This document shows, one piece after another, positions 30,843-40,766 of a stretch of 64,000 nucleotides of DNA. The notes beneath the pieces were generated by a model. The model searched no databases and was not told the origin of the DNA. It worked only from the letters and a program-made list of their open reading frames with translations. Origin of the DNA: an uncultured Arcticibacterium sp. (GTDB lineage Bacteria; Bacteroidota; Bacteroidia; Cytophagales; Spirosomataceae); contig NZ_CAXHZC010000006.1 of assembly GCF_964021845.1 (NCBI RefSeq), positions 9,084-73,083 of the forward strand. Reading direction: 5' to 3'. Numbering within the stretch: the first letter of the stretch is position 1; the number at the start of each line of letters is the position of its first letter. A program made the position numbers and the translations under genes.

Positions 30843-32444
30843 ATGAAATTTCAAATAAAATATACAATTCTACTAGGCCTATGCTTTATGTTTAGCATAA
30901 GCTCTTGTGACAAGGAATGGGTAGACACTAAGCCTAACGGAGCATCTACCACAGCCTACTTTTGGGATAGCGAAGATGACGTTATCAAAGGCATAGCCTC
31001 CATTTATGTACCATTCAGATGGGAATCTACATGGGGTAGAGATTTGTTTTGGATGCAAAATGCAAGTGATGATTTAGTGGTAGGCCGCTCAAAAGCTGAT
31101 GCCGAAAACATCAAAAATTTTATTCCAACAGGAAACGAAGGTTATATGGCTACGGCTTTTGAAGATATGTACTGGATGATGAACAAGGCAAATCAAGCCA
31201 TAGAAGGTGTTCAAGGTGCCACAAACATTTCAGAAGAGTTAAGACAACGTTCTTTAGGCGAAGCATATTTCGTAAGAGCATTTGCTCACTTTTGGGCTGC
31301 CTACCTATGGGGTCATGAAGACCAAGGTGTGCCTTATGATGGTGTAGAAAATGAGGAGTTTGGAGATAGAATACCTCCACAGCTAGCTTCTGTAACAGAT
31401 AACTACGCTCAGATTATTTCTGACTTAGAAAAAGCAGCTGAGTTATTACCATTGTTCCAAACCTACGGTGCCGAAGACCAAGGCCGTGCTCACAAATCAG
31501 CAGCATGGGCATACATGGTAAAAACCTACGCTTACTGGGCACAATATGACAGCTCAAAATGGGAAAACGTACCAGACCTTGCCGACAAAATCAAAAACGA
31601 AGGTCAAAGAGCATTGGTAACTGGTCAAGAAAGTAACGAGGCTAATTATAGAGCGGTATTTACCGACAGTCAAAACTGGGGTCCAGAATATATCTGGTCA
31701 GTAACTTCAGGAATTCAGGGTGGTTCTGAATTCCCTGGTGTTATACTAGAAAACAAAGGATGGGGTATTTTCAATGGCTGGGGCTATTTCCAACCAACCG
31801 AAGAGCTTTACCAAGAATATGAAGAAAATGACCCACGACGTGAGGTTACTATCTTAAAATTTGGTGACAAGTTTACTTATTTTGGTGTGGAGCGTGAATA
31901 CTACTCCACCAATAGCCTTTCAGGTTTCCAGATTAACAAATACATGGACCCTTACAGCTACGGAACAGATGAGGATGCAGGTACCAATTCAAAAATCAAT
32001 CAAAACGGTAACTACCCTACCACTGCTCTGAATTTATCTTTAATTAGGTATGCAGAGATTTTACTTTTCAAGGCAGAAGCTTTAATCCAGATGGGCCAAG
32101 CTGCTCAAGCAGCAGAGCCTTTAAACGAGGTTCGTGCTAGAGTTGGCTTAAGCCCTATTGCTACTCCAACTATGGATGACTTAAAGCATGAAAGACGCGT
32201 GGAGCTTGCTTGTGAGTGGACAGATAGATTAGCCGATTTAAAAAGATGGGGTGATGTAGATGTTATCAATGCTCCGCTTCACGGCAGAATCCATGAAAAC
32301 AAAACTGACCCTAGTTCTTCTTACACGGTAGAGGAAGTTTGGCCAGCAAGAAGTTTCGACCCAGCTAGACACATGGCATGGCCACTTAGCTCAAACGAAA
32401 TCTCAAGAAGTAATGGCATATACAAACAGACTCCAGGCTGGTAG
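30843..32444 (+). CDS. SusD/RagB-family nutrient-binding lipoprotein
   Basis: 533 aa with lipobox SISSCD. Starts 11 nt after susC. SusD-like helical pattern (RAFAHFWAAYLWG, IRYAEILLFKAEA). Confidence 0.9.
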   Translation: MKFQIKYTILLGLCFMFSISSCDKEWVDTKPNGASTTAYFWDSEDDVIKGIASIYVPFRWESTWGRDLFWMQNASDDLVVGRSKADAENIKNFIPTGNEGYMATAFEDMYWMMNKANQAIEGVQGATNISEELRQRSLGEAYFVRAFAHFWAAYLWGHEDQGVPYDGVENEEFGDRIPPQLASVTDNYAQIISDLEKAAELLPLFQTYGAEDQGRAHKSAAWAYMVKTYAYWAQYDSSKWENVPDLADKIKNEGQRALVTGQESNEANYRAVFTDSQNWGPEYIWSVTSGIQGGSEFPGVILENKGWGIFNGWGYFQPTEELYQEYEENDPRREVTILKFGDKFTYFGVEREYYSTNSLSGFQINKYMDPYSYGTDEDAGTNSKINQNGNYPTTALNLSLIRYAEILLFKAEALIQMGQAAQAAEPLNEVRARVGLSPIATPTMDDLKHERRVELACEWTDRLADLKRWGDVDVINAPLHGRIHENKTDPSSSYTVEEVWPARSFDPARHMAWPLSSNEISRSNGIYKQTPGW

Positions 32445-32464
32445 CTTCCCATAATTATTGTCAG

Positions 32465-32500
32465 AAAAAAGCAGTCTGCATTTTAGTAGACTGCTTTTTT
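32465..32500 (+). terminator. rho-independent terminator after susD-like gene
   Basis: AAAAAA-GCAGTCT-(10 nt)-AGACTGC-TTTTTT. Confidence 0.7.
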
Positions 32501-32576
32501 GATATAAAATACTTCCTGTCGTTTTATAAATACTATTTTCGCCTATAAACGCCCTCTTCTATACTTTACCCAATAT

Positions 32577-33374
32577 ATGAAACTAAAAACATACATTACT
32601 TTTCTTTGCTTACTCTTTAGTTTAAATTCTTTGTCTCAATCCATTGATGAGCATCCAAGAATCATTAGAGTTCTCACGTTCAATATTCTTCATGGTGCTA
32701 CCACCAATAATGATTTTGACTTAGACCATATTGCCAAAGTTATTTCAGATGCCAATCCTGATTTTGTAGCCTTACAGGAGGTAGATTATAAAACCAACAG
32801 AGCTAAAAAATATGATTTAGTAACGGAATTGGGCTATAGAACCAAGCTCTCCCCTCTTTTTGGAAAAGCCATGAAATATGATGGTGGCGAATATGGCGAG
32901 GGAATTTTGGCAAACTACACTTTCTTAAATAGCAGAAACATCATCCTGCCTTATACTGCAGGCAGAGAACCCAGAGCAGCTTTAGAGGTAACCTCTGTTT
33001 TAGCCTCTGGTGATACCGTTTCTTTTATTGGAACTCATTTAGACCATTTAAAAGACGGAAAAGACAGACTGGCTCAGGTGCAAAGCATCAATGAAAATTT
33101 CACTTCAAACCAATACCCTAGCATTTTAGCAGGTGACTTAAATGATACGCCAGGCAGCATAGCCATTAATACTTTAGAAAAACATTGGCTTTCTTCTTAC
33201 AATAAAGAAAACCCAAAGCCTACCTACCCTTCTGATAAGCCCGAAGTTAAAATAGATTATGTCATGTTTTACCCTAAAAACAGATGGCGAGTATTGACCA
33301 CCGAAGTGATTCAAGATGCTGTAGCCTCTGACCACTGTGCGTATTTAGTTACGGTAGAGTTACTCGAAGAATAG
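32577..33374 (+). CDS. secreted endonuclease/exonuclease/phosphatase (EEP) family protein
   Basis: 265 aa with a signal peptide. EEP motifs RVLTFNILHG, VALQEVD, GTHLDH, GDLND, SDHCAY. Confidence 0.85.
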   Translation: MKLKTYITFLCLLFSLNSLSQSIDEHPRIIRVLTFNILHGATTNNDFDLDHIAKVISDANPDFVALQEVDYKTNRAKKYDLVTELGYRTKLSPLFGKAMKYDGGEYGEGILANYTFLNSRNIILPYTAGREPRAALEVTSVLASGDTVSFIGTHLDHLKDGKDRLAQVQSINENFTSNQYPSILAGDLNDTPGSIAINTLEKHWLSSYNKENPKPTYPSDKPEVKIDYVMFYPKNRWRVLTTEVIQDAVASDHCAYLVTVELLEE

Positions 33375-33436
33375 AAATAAGCCTTTGGCAATTCATTAGG
33401 TCTATAAATTGCCTTAGCTTTGTCAAAATTTATATT

Positions 33437-34804
33437 ATGCACTGGGAAACACTTTTTTCGAACAAAAGATACGGCTCTAGAAACCTTCAAAACACAGACG
33501 AAACTCGTGGAGAATATCTGAGAGATTACGACCGTCTTATTTTCTCTTCCCAGTTTAGAAGACTTCAAGATAAAACCCAAGTTTTCCCTTTGCCAGGCTC
33601 CATATTTGTACATAACAGACTTACGCACAGCTTAGAAGTAGCCTCAGTAGGCCGTTCTTTAGGGAGATTAGTAGGCGAAAAAATAGCCAAGAAAAACAGC
33701 GAAAACTTAAGCCCCCATGCTTCTGAGTTTTACAAATTTGCTCTAGCAGATGTAATCCAAACAGGCTGCATAGCTCACGATATTGGCAATCCTCCTTTCG
33801 GACATTCAGGAGAAGACGCCATAAGAACCTTTTTCGAAGAGCTTTCTGGCAGTCAAAAAGAAACCTTAGAAAAAGAGCTAACGCCAAACCAACTAGCCGA
33901 TTTAAAAAATTTTGAAGGAAATGCCAATGCATTCCGAGTCTTAAGTACACTGTTTTTAAAAGCAGGCTTAAAACTGACTTATACTACTTTGGCTTCTATT
34001 GTCAAATATCCAATTGATAGTTTAAACGGTTTTGACAAGTCTACGGGCTTAATCTCTACTAAAAAATCTGGGTATTTTGATGCAGAGCTTTCTGTCATGA
34101 AAGAGATGGCTGCCGACCTTAAAATGAAGACTTTGAACGAAAGTAAAAGTCATTTGGCCAGGCATCCATTCGTATTCTTAGTGGAAGCTGCTGATGATAT
34201 TTGTTATAGAATCATAGACTTAGAAGATGCTTTCAGGCTTCATATTCTTGGTTTTAAAGAGGTGGAAGAGTTACTTCTTCCATTCTTTGAGGGAAAAAAA
34301 AATGAAGCTTATATAAAAGAGCAAATGCTGAGCATGAAAGACGAGAAGCAAAAGCTTTCCCTGCTGAGAGCTATGTTAATTGGCCTTTTGACCAGAAAAT
34401 GCTCTGATGCCTTTATGGCAAATGAAGTGGCTCTTTTAAACGGTGACGTAAACAAATCGTTGATTGAGCTTATAGATGAAAAGTCTATCCAACTCATTGA
34501 TAAAATTGACGCTATTTCTGTCAGTAAAATCTACAATCACAAGTCTGTAGTAGAAATCGAAATTGCAGGCTTTCATGTTATTGGCGGCCTTTTAAAGGAA
34601 TTTCTTGGTGCTATTTTAGAGCCTAAGTCGGCCAAGTCTAAAAAGATGAAAAAGCTAATTCCAGAGCAATTTGAAATAAGTAATGACCTGCCACTGTATC
34701 AAAACATCTTATCTGTTTTAGATTTTATTTCGGGCATGACAGACATTTACGCCGTAGACCTTTATAGAAAAATTACCGGAATTCAGATTCCTAGTTTGGG
34801 TTAA
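33437..34804 (+). CDS. dgt: dGTPase-family deoxynucleoside triphosphate triphosphohydrolase
   Basis: 455 aa. HD-superfamily dNTPase motifs RLTHSLEV, HDIGNPPFGHSGE, ADDICYRIIDLEDA. Confidence 0.85.
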   Translation: MHWETLFSNKRYGSRNLQNTDETRGEYLRDYDRLIFSSQFRRLQDKTQVFPLPGSIFVHNRLTHSLEVASVGRSLGRLVGEKIAKKNSENLSPHASEFYKFALADVIQTGCIAHDIGNPPFGHSGEDAIRTFFEELSGSQKETLEKELTPNQLADLKNFEGNANAFRVLSTLFLKAGLKLTYTTLASIVKYPIDSLNGFDKSTGLISTKKSGYFDAELSVMKEMAADLKMKTLNESKSHLARHPFVFLVEAADDICYRIIDLEDAFRLHILGFKEVEELLLPFFEGKKNEAYIKEQMLSMKDEKQKLSLLRAMLIGLLTRKCSDAFMANEVALLNGDVNKSLIELIDEKSIQLIDKIDAISVSKIYNHKSVVEIEIAGFHVIGGLLKEFLGAILEPKSAKSKKMKKLIPEQFEISNDLPLYQNILSVLDFISGMTDIYAVDLYRKITGIQIPSLG

Positions 34805-36264
34805 ACCACGTACGCCGGCAAATTAAAACTAAAACGGGTGCCTTGATTTAGCTTACTGCTTACATCTATACTGCTGTTATGTAGCTCAATAATCTTATTG
34901 GCTATTGCCAATCCTAAGCCTGTTCCTTTTACCCTGGTTTCGTCTTTGGTATTGGTATGATATCTTTCAAAAATCACCGAAAGGTCTTTTTCTGCTATTC
35001 CAGAACCCGTATCACTGATACTGAATAAAATATTCTGTGTATCGCTTGAACCTATTTCTAGTTTTATCTTGCCTCCCTTTGGTGTGAACTTTAAAGCATT
35101 GTCTACTAAATTTTGAATCACCCTTTCTACCAATGAAATATCGCCAAAAACAAAAGGCGTCTCTGGGTTTCTAACAAACTCCAGTTCTATATTCTTTTCT
35201 TTAAACAAAACTTCATACCTAGCCATCAAATCATAGGCAAGTTCATCTAATGGGAATGGCTCTTTTTGCAGCTGAATTTGATTATTTTCTAGCTTTGAAA
35301 GCTCAAAAAGCTGATTTACCAGACCTTTCAATTTTTTAGTACTCTCGTTTATATTCTCCAAATACTGACTTTCTTCTGCAGCACTAAGTTGGTTTTTCTT
35401 TAATTGGAGCGTTTCTGTAAAACCCTGAATGATAGAAAGTGGCGTTCTTAAATCATGTGAGATATTCGCCACCAGCTCTCTTCTAAAATTATCTATCGAC
35501 TTAATCTTGTCAAACTGTAGCTGAATTTGATTCGCCATATCATTAAACGTTTCAGAAATTCCGCTAAACATACTCCGCTCATCTGTTTCTATTCGCCTAC
35601 TAAAATCACCGGAATGAAATTGACTCATTCCATCGGTAATGGCTTGTAAATGCTTTGTTTGATACCATAAAATAAAAAAACCAAGAAGCAAAGCCAGCAC
35701 AGCAGCCAAAGCAATTAGCTTCAAAAAGGTGTCCATGGTATAGGTTCCTAAAAGTCCTGCAAAAACAGATTCTCGCTCTTCCGAAACCAAGATGATATAA
35801 TAATACCCCTTAAGCACATCATTTTGTATAATGGGTGCTGCCGAAAATATCTTTGATTTTAAAAAGTCTCTTGGGTCGTCTCCTTTGATAAAGTTTTGTC
35901 CTTTATCCGCTATAAAACTTAACACTGGCTCTAAACTTACAGCTTCTCTCACCACCTCCTTATAAGGTGCTACATGGGCCATAATTCCTCCTGCCGTATC
36001 TAGCAGGTAGACTTCTACATCAGGGTTTATAATCATCATCGACTCCATTACTTTTTGAATAGCCATGGTGTCTAGCTTCCCCTCTTCATTAAAAGTCTCT
36101 AAATGGTCAATAGTAAACTGAGCCAAATGTGCGTGCAATTTCTGATTAGCCTCTTCTTGATAATTTCTGGTAGTCACAAAACTTATGTAGGTCATGGCGG
36201 AGCCAAAAAGCAGCAGCACCAATAGCATAGAAAGCGACAGACGTATGAAAAATTTATTATTCAT
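34801..36264 (-). CDS. sensor histidine kinase
   Basis: 487 aa. Two TM segments, a HAMP-like linker, HisKA (ISHDLRTPLS) and HATPase (GTGLGLAIANKI). Confidence 0.88.
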   Translation of the reverse strand: MNNKFFIRLSLSMLLVLLLFGSAMTYISFVTTRNYQEEANQKLHAHLAQFTIDHLETFNEEGKLDTMAIQKVMESMMIINPDVEVYLLDTAGGIMAHVAPYKEVVREAVSLEPVLSFIADKGQNFIKGDDPRDFLKSKIFSAAPIIQNDVLKGYYYIILVSEERESVFAGLLGTYTMDTFLKLIALAAVLALLLGFFILWYQTKHLQAITDGMSQFHSGDFSRRIETDERSMFSGISETFNDMANQIQLQFDKIKSIDNFRRELVANISHDLRTPLSIIQGFTETLQLKKNQLSAAEESQYLENINESTKKLKGLVNQLFELSKLENNQIQLQKEPFPLDELAYDLMARYEVLFKEKNIELEFVRNPETPFVFGDISLVERVIQNLVDNALKFTPKGGKIKLEIGSSDTQNILFSISDTGSGIAEKDLSVIFERYHTNTKDETRVKGTGLGLAIANKIIELHNSSIDVSSKLNQGTRFSFNLPAYVV

Positions 36265-36267
36265 TCT

Positions 36268-36969
36268 TTAAAGGTTTTCATTGAAACGATACCCATAACC
36301 CCAGCTAGTCAAAATATAACTGGGCTTGTTCATATCCTCTTCTATTTTGGCACGAACTCTATTTATATGGGAATTGACCGTATGTTCATAGCCTTCAAAA
36401 TCATAGCCCCAAACTAAATTGAGCAAACTTTGACGATTAAAGCTTTTCCCTGGGCTAGCCGCCAAAAGCGAAAGTAAATCAAACTCTTTTGGTGTCAATT
36501 CTATTCTTGACCCTGCTTTTTGAACGGAACGTTTATCCAAATCAATAGTTAAACCATCAGCCTCAATAAGCTGGGTATTTGTAGAAGAAGGATTGTCAAA
36601 CTTCCCTAAAGACCTCCGCAGTACAGCTTTTACCCTTGCCTGAAATTCTCTCACACCAAAAGGTTTCACGATATAATCATCTGCCCCTGTTTCTAAACCT
36701 AGCACCCGGTCTATTTCTTCAGACTTTGCAGTTACCATGATTATTGGCGAAGCAATATCATTTGCCCTAATTTTTCTACAAACCTCCATTCCATCCATAG
36801 ATGGAAGCATTAGATCTAGAATTATTAGGCAGTAATTTGTCTTTTTTGCCATTTCATAACCTTCTAAACCATCCAGTGTATGGTCTATTTCATAATGCAA
36901 ATCCTTCAAATGGATTTTTATCAATTCGGCTATCTTATGGTCGTCTTCTATTACTAGAGCTCTAGGCAT
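36268..36969 (-). CDS. OmpR/PhoB-family response regulator
   Basis: 233 aa. Receiver (VIEDD, ILDLMLPSMDG, KP) plus a winged-helix output (LTPKEFDLL...GYGYRF). 3 nt upstream of the kinase gene. Confidence 0.92.
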   Translation of the reverse strand: MPRALVIEDDHKIAELIKIHLKDLHYEIDHTLDGLEGYEMAKKTNYCLIILDLMLPSMDGMEVCRKIRANDIASPIIMVTAKSEEIDRVLGLETGADDYIVKPFGVREFQARVKAVLRRSLGKFDNPSSTNTQLIEADGLTIDLDKRSVQKAGSRIELTPKEFDLLSLLAASPGKSFNRQSLLNLVWGYDFEGYEHTVNSHINRVRAKIEEDMNKPSYILTSWGYGYRFNENL

Positions 36970-37223
36970 GTTTTTAGGTTAATTTTAAAAGTATGTCCTC
37001 GGAGAATTCAAAGTAAACTTTTAAGTATCACAGAATTATCACAAAGAAGTTTTCTACTAAAAGATGAGTTTAGACTTACGGAATTTCGTTTGGCAAGGTT
37101 CTATAAAATAAGCCATAAGCACTCAAAAATGCTCTGTGATAGTTTTGTTATAATTCTGACACTTTCACGTAATACCTAGGCTGTTCCTTTGTGTCAAGTT
37201 TAACATTAAAACAAAACAAGGAT

Positions 37224-38102
37224 ATGAAAAAAGGACACTTAAAGACTTTAGCACTAGCATTTATGGCATTGGCTTTTACCGCCTGCGACGATGATGATGA
37301 GCCTACGGCACAAAGCGGAGCATTGACATTAAACATTCAAGGATTAGAAGACTTGGGCTCGGAAGCCGTTTATGAAGGATGGTTAATTACGCCATCTGGC
37401 CCTATATCTACGGGCGTATTTACAGTCAATGGTTCGGGAGCCCTCTCTCAATCTCAATTTAACCTAGACCAAGATGTCTTAGACGCGGGTAGCACATTTG
37501 TTTTAACTATAGAGCCAGCAAATGACACCGACCCTGCACCTTCTAAAGTTCATATTTTAGCTGGAGATTTTTCTTCCAATTCTGCAGACCTCAATGTAGG
37601 TCATACAGCCGCTTTAGGAAGCGATTTTTCATCAGTGGCTGGCCAGTTTATACTAGCCACACCATCTACAGAAACTATGGATGACGAAACAAGCGGAATC
37701 TGGTGGCTAGACCCATCTGGACCTACAGCTACCCTTACTTTACCTACACTTCCTGAGGGATGGGTGTATGAAGGCTGGGCAGTAATAAACGGCACACCAG
37801 TAAGCAGCGGTACATTTACTAGCATTTCTGGTCCTGATAGCGGCGAGCCGTTTAAAGGAAGCGGCGGAACACCTCCTTTCCCAGGAGAAGATTTTGTGGC
37901 TAATCCTCCATCAGGAATGACATTTCCTACCAACCTTCAAGGTGGTGCGGGTGTAATAAGTATAGAGCCTTACCCAGATAATAGCCCTGCTCCTTTTACA
38001 TTAAAGCCATTAGTTGGTCAAATAGCAGCAGATGCTCCGGTACATACTTTATTAGATATGGGTCAAAATCTAAGTTTCCCTACGGGCACAGTAAGCAAAT
38101 AA
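37224..38102 (+). CDS. lipoprotein with a duplicated RskA-like (anti-sigma-K C-terminal-type) module
   Basis: Likely start is MKKGHLKTLALAFMALAFTAC at 37224. Two copies of the VYEGW(L/A)(I/V)..G.P.S.G.FT pattern, each followed by (V)(L/I)(T/S)IEP(A/Y)(N/P)D(T/N).PAP. The family assignment is tentative. Confidence 0.55.
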   Translation: MKKGHLKTLALAFMALAFTACDDDDEPTAQSGALTLNIQGLEDLGSEAVYEGWLITPSGPISTGVFTVNGSGALSQSQFNLDQDVLDAGSTFVLTIEPANDTDPAPSKVHILAGDFSSNSADLNVGHTAALGSDFSSVAGQFILATPSTETMDDETSGIWWLDPSGPTATLTLPTLPEGWVYEGWAVINGTPVSSGTFTSISGPDSGEPFKGSGGTPPFPGEDFVANPPSGMTFPTNLQGGAGVISIEPYPDNSPAPFTLKPLVGQIAADAPVHTLLDMGQNLSFPTGTVSK

Positions 38103-38126
38103 GTTTAACAATTTTCTAATATTAAG

Positions 38127-38154
38127 AGCAGCTCCATCTGGGGCTGCTTTTTTG
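38127..38154 (+). terminator. rho-independent terminator
   Basis: AGCAGCTCC-ATC-TGGGGCTGCT hairpin followed by TTTTTT. Confidence 0.65.
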
Positions 38155-38398
38155 TTTGAACGCTTTACATTTCAATTTAAAAACTAAGCCGAACCAAATA
38201 GACCTTCATAAATGTTACTAAAACCTATAACAGTAAACGTTTTCGCAAATGTAAACCTGTAGGTCATCAGTCAGCAATGTGGTTTATCACTATTTAAGTC
38301 CTTCTAAATAAACTAGCTTCTCTCTCCTTACCTTCAGGCGTACTTTTACTCATCTAGAAACCTAAATTTATCTCTATAGCAAGACTACTACCTTACTG

Positions 38399-40762
38399 AT
38401 GAAAAGCATATTACTTGACGTTTCAAAGGATTCACATAGTGGATTCAAGGATTTGGAAACCCATATTTCTATAGCCCCTTTAATTTCGTTTGTTAAAGAC
38501 AGAATGGAAAATGTACGTTCCGTCAATAAAAAATATTTTGAAAACCTTCTTTATAAACTAGAGAACGTTTTTGACCTGAAAGGTAATATACCACTTACCG
38601 ATACTTCTAATTACGAAAATCTCTTTGAAGAAATATACAATTTCTTAGTACCACCTGCTAGTGACGAATCGCAGGTGTATCTAGCCCTTAGTACTCCTAT
38701 AAAGCCTACTTTTTTTTATGGAACAGACGCCTTCTACAATTTACTTATAAACGAAGGAAATGGCTGTGTAAATCATGAATCCATAGAAGAATATGATCCT
38801 TCGCCAAAAAAGGAAATAATTCAGATATACTCTTTAATTTTAGAGAAGCTATATGGTTTTCCACCCCACCCTGCTAGGAGTATTATCATCAGTGTTAAAG
38901 AGACTGATTCTATCCTTAAGAAATACTATAAATTAGATATTGACAATACTTATGTAAGCGTAAGTCCTAAGGGAGAACTTCCAGAATTTGACTTAAGTCA
39001 AGTGAGAGAGTTATGGCAAAAAGATTTTGATATACACTCTATTTTAGAGCTTTTACCCTTATCAAACTTCAAGTTTAAAGGGTTTTCTGTCATTAAGCTA
39101 GAAGATATAACCACTACCCAGACAGTGGAACACATGAAAAGCTTAATCATAGAAAGGGCCTCTTTTAAAGACAATACCTATCATGTAGAAATTGTCAATT
39201 CTTTAAAAAACTTAACAAGAGACCCAAATCTATACTTTGACCTAGTTCCGCTACTTAAGGTAAATGATGAAGTAGTATTAAACCCAGACACACTGTGCAA
39301 CAGCCAGTTATTCAGACATACTTTTAATGGCGATACAGAGCAAAACACTTATATAAACTTCTGTAAAGAATTTTTTAAAAATCCCACCATGATTTTCAAG
39401 CCATCTCTGGAAATGGCTTCTTGTACCGAAAATGCATTTGACTCTAAAATGGTCAAAAATGAATTTAGGTCTTTAGCCATAGTACCAGTGGTTTGCAAAA
39501 AAAAGGTAATTGGAATACTGATATGCTATTCAAGAACTGAAAACGCTGTCAATGAGATTGTTTTAGGACAACTTCACACCGCCATCTCAGTTATAAGTCA
39601 AAGCTTAGAGCATGATATAGAAGAGTTTAATCACAAAATTGAGAGCATTATTAGAGAGAAATATACTTTCTTACAAGAAGCAGTAGAATGGAAATTTAAA
39701 GAAGCCGCACTTCATTACATGGATGAGCGACTAAACAGCTCTTTAATTAAGAAAGTAGAAACAGTGGCTTTTAAAAATGTTTATCCTTTATATGGTGCTA
39801 TAGACGTCAGAAATTCTACTATTGAAAGAAACACGGCTCAGCATTTAGATTTCATTTTTCAGATAAACTCACTTTTGCGTACGCTAAAAGCTATTCAGCC
39901 TCATATAGAACATGATTTAGCTGAAAAGTTAATTCCCAGAACTGAAAGGTTTTTAGACCGAATAAATAAAAACGAATATGCAGGTGATGAACTAAGAATT
40001 AAAAGCTTTTTAGATGCTGATATTTATTCCTTTTTATACGAAGTAAAGAATACTGTTACTAATACTGAAGCTTTAAAACTTATTAATGCATACCTAAACC
40101 TAAGCAAAGAATCTGGTGAAGGGCACTTACACAGAAGAGGTTTTGAAAACGACATGCAAACCATAAACTCTACGGTAAACAGATACCTAGAAAACAGTAA
40201 AGAAAAACTACAAGAGGACTTCCCTACCTATTTTGAAAAGTTCAGGACAGATGGTGTAGAGTATGACATATATATTGGTCAATCAATAGAGCCCAAAAAG
40301 CCTTTTCAAAAGAAATATTTAAATAAAATAAGGAAATGGCAACTAAGCTCCATGGCAGAAATAGCTCGGTTAAACGAAGCATTAATTCCTAAGCTATCTT
40401 TGCCCTTAAGAACTACACAACTCATTTTTATAAACCCAAACGCCATAGACATTAGTTTTAGAGAAGACGAAAGAAGGTTTGACGTAGAGGGGGCTTATAA
40501 TATTAGATATGAAGTTATCAAAAAACGAATAGATAAGGTTAAACTAAAAGGGAAAGATGAAAGGCTAACTCAGCCTGGCAAAATAGCCTTGGTATACTTT
40601 GACAGCCAAACTGCTAAAGAATATATTCCGTACATTGAAGATTTACAGGCACAAGGTTTGCTCTTAGATGACCTAGAACTTTTAGAACTAGAGCATCTCC
40701 AAGGCGTTAACGGTCTAAAGGCACTACGCGTTGGCATAAATTTAAATTCTGAAACAAACTAG
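38399..40762 (+). CDS. large cytoplasmic protein with central GAF-like domain (function unknown)
   Basis: 787 aa with no signal peptide or TM helix. The segment ending FRSLAIVPVVCKKKVIGILICYSRTENAVNEIVLGQLHTAISVISQSLEH looks like the end of a GAF domain. The long C-terminal helical/beta region (RFDVEGAYNIRYEVIKKRIDKV...PGKIALVYF) is not assignable by eye. Confidence 0.6.
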   Translation: MKSILLDVSKDSHSGFKDLETHISIAPLISFVKDRMENVRSVNKKYFENLLYKLENVFDLKGNIPLTDTSNYENLFEEIYNFLVPPASDESQVYLALSTPIKPTFFYGTDAFYNLLINEGNGCVNHESIEEYDPSPKKEIIQIYSLILEKLYGFPPHPARSIIISVKETDSILKKYYKLDIDNTYVSVSPKGELPEFDLSQVRELWQKDFDIHSILELLPLSNFKFKGFSVIKLEDITTTQTVEHMKSLIIERASFKDNTYHVEIVNSLKNLTRDPNLYFDLVPLLKVNDEVVLNPDTLCNSQLFRHTFNGDTEQNTYINFCKEFFKNPTMIFKPSLEMASCTENAFDSKMVKNEFRSLAIVPVVCKKKVIGILICYSRTENAVNEIVLGQLHTAISVISQSLEHDIEEFNHKIESIIREKYTFLQEAVEWKFKEAALHYMDERLNSSLIKKVETVAFKNVYPLYGAIDVRNSTIERNTAQHLDFIFQINSLLRTLKAIQPHIEHDLAEKLIPRTERFLDRINKNEYAGDELRIKSFLDADIYSFLYEVKNTVTNTEALKLINAYLNLSKESGEGHLHRRGFENDMQTINSTVNRYLENSKEKLQEDFPTYFEKFRTDGVEYDIYIGQSIEPKKPFQKKYLNKIRKWQLSSMAEIARLNEALIPKLSLPLRTTQLIFINPNAIDISFREDERRFDVEGAYNIRYEVIKKRIDKVKLKGKDERLTQPGKIALVYFDSQTAKEYIPYIEDLQAQGLLLDDLELLELEHLQGVNGLKALRVGINLNSETN

Positions 40763-40766
40763 TTCA

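Noticed and set aside
33437-34804. dGTPase as an antiphage dNTP-depletion defence gene
   Set aside because: Its size and motifs fit the housekeeping Dgt-like family common in Bacteroidota. Nothing nearby suggests a defence island or mobile element. I cannot distinguish the two without phylogeny, so it is not promoted to a finding.
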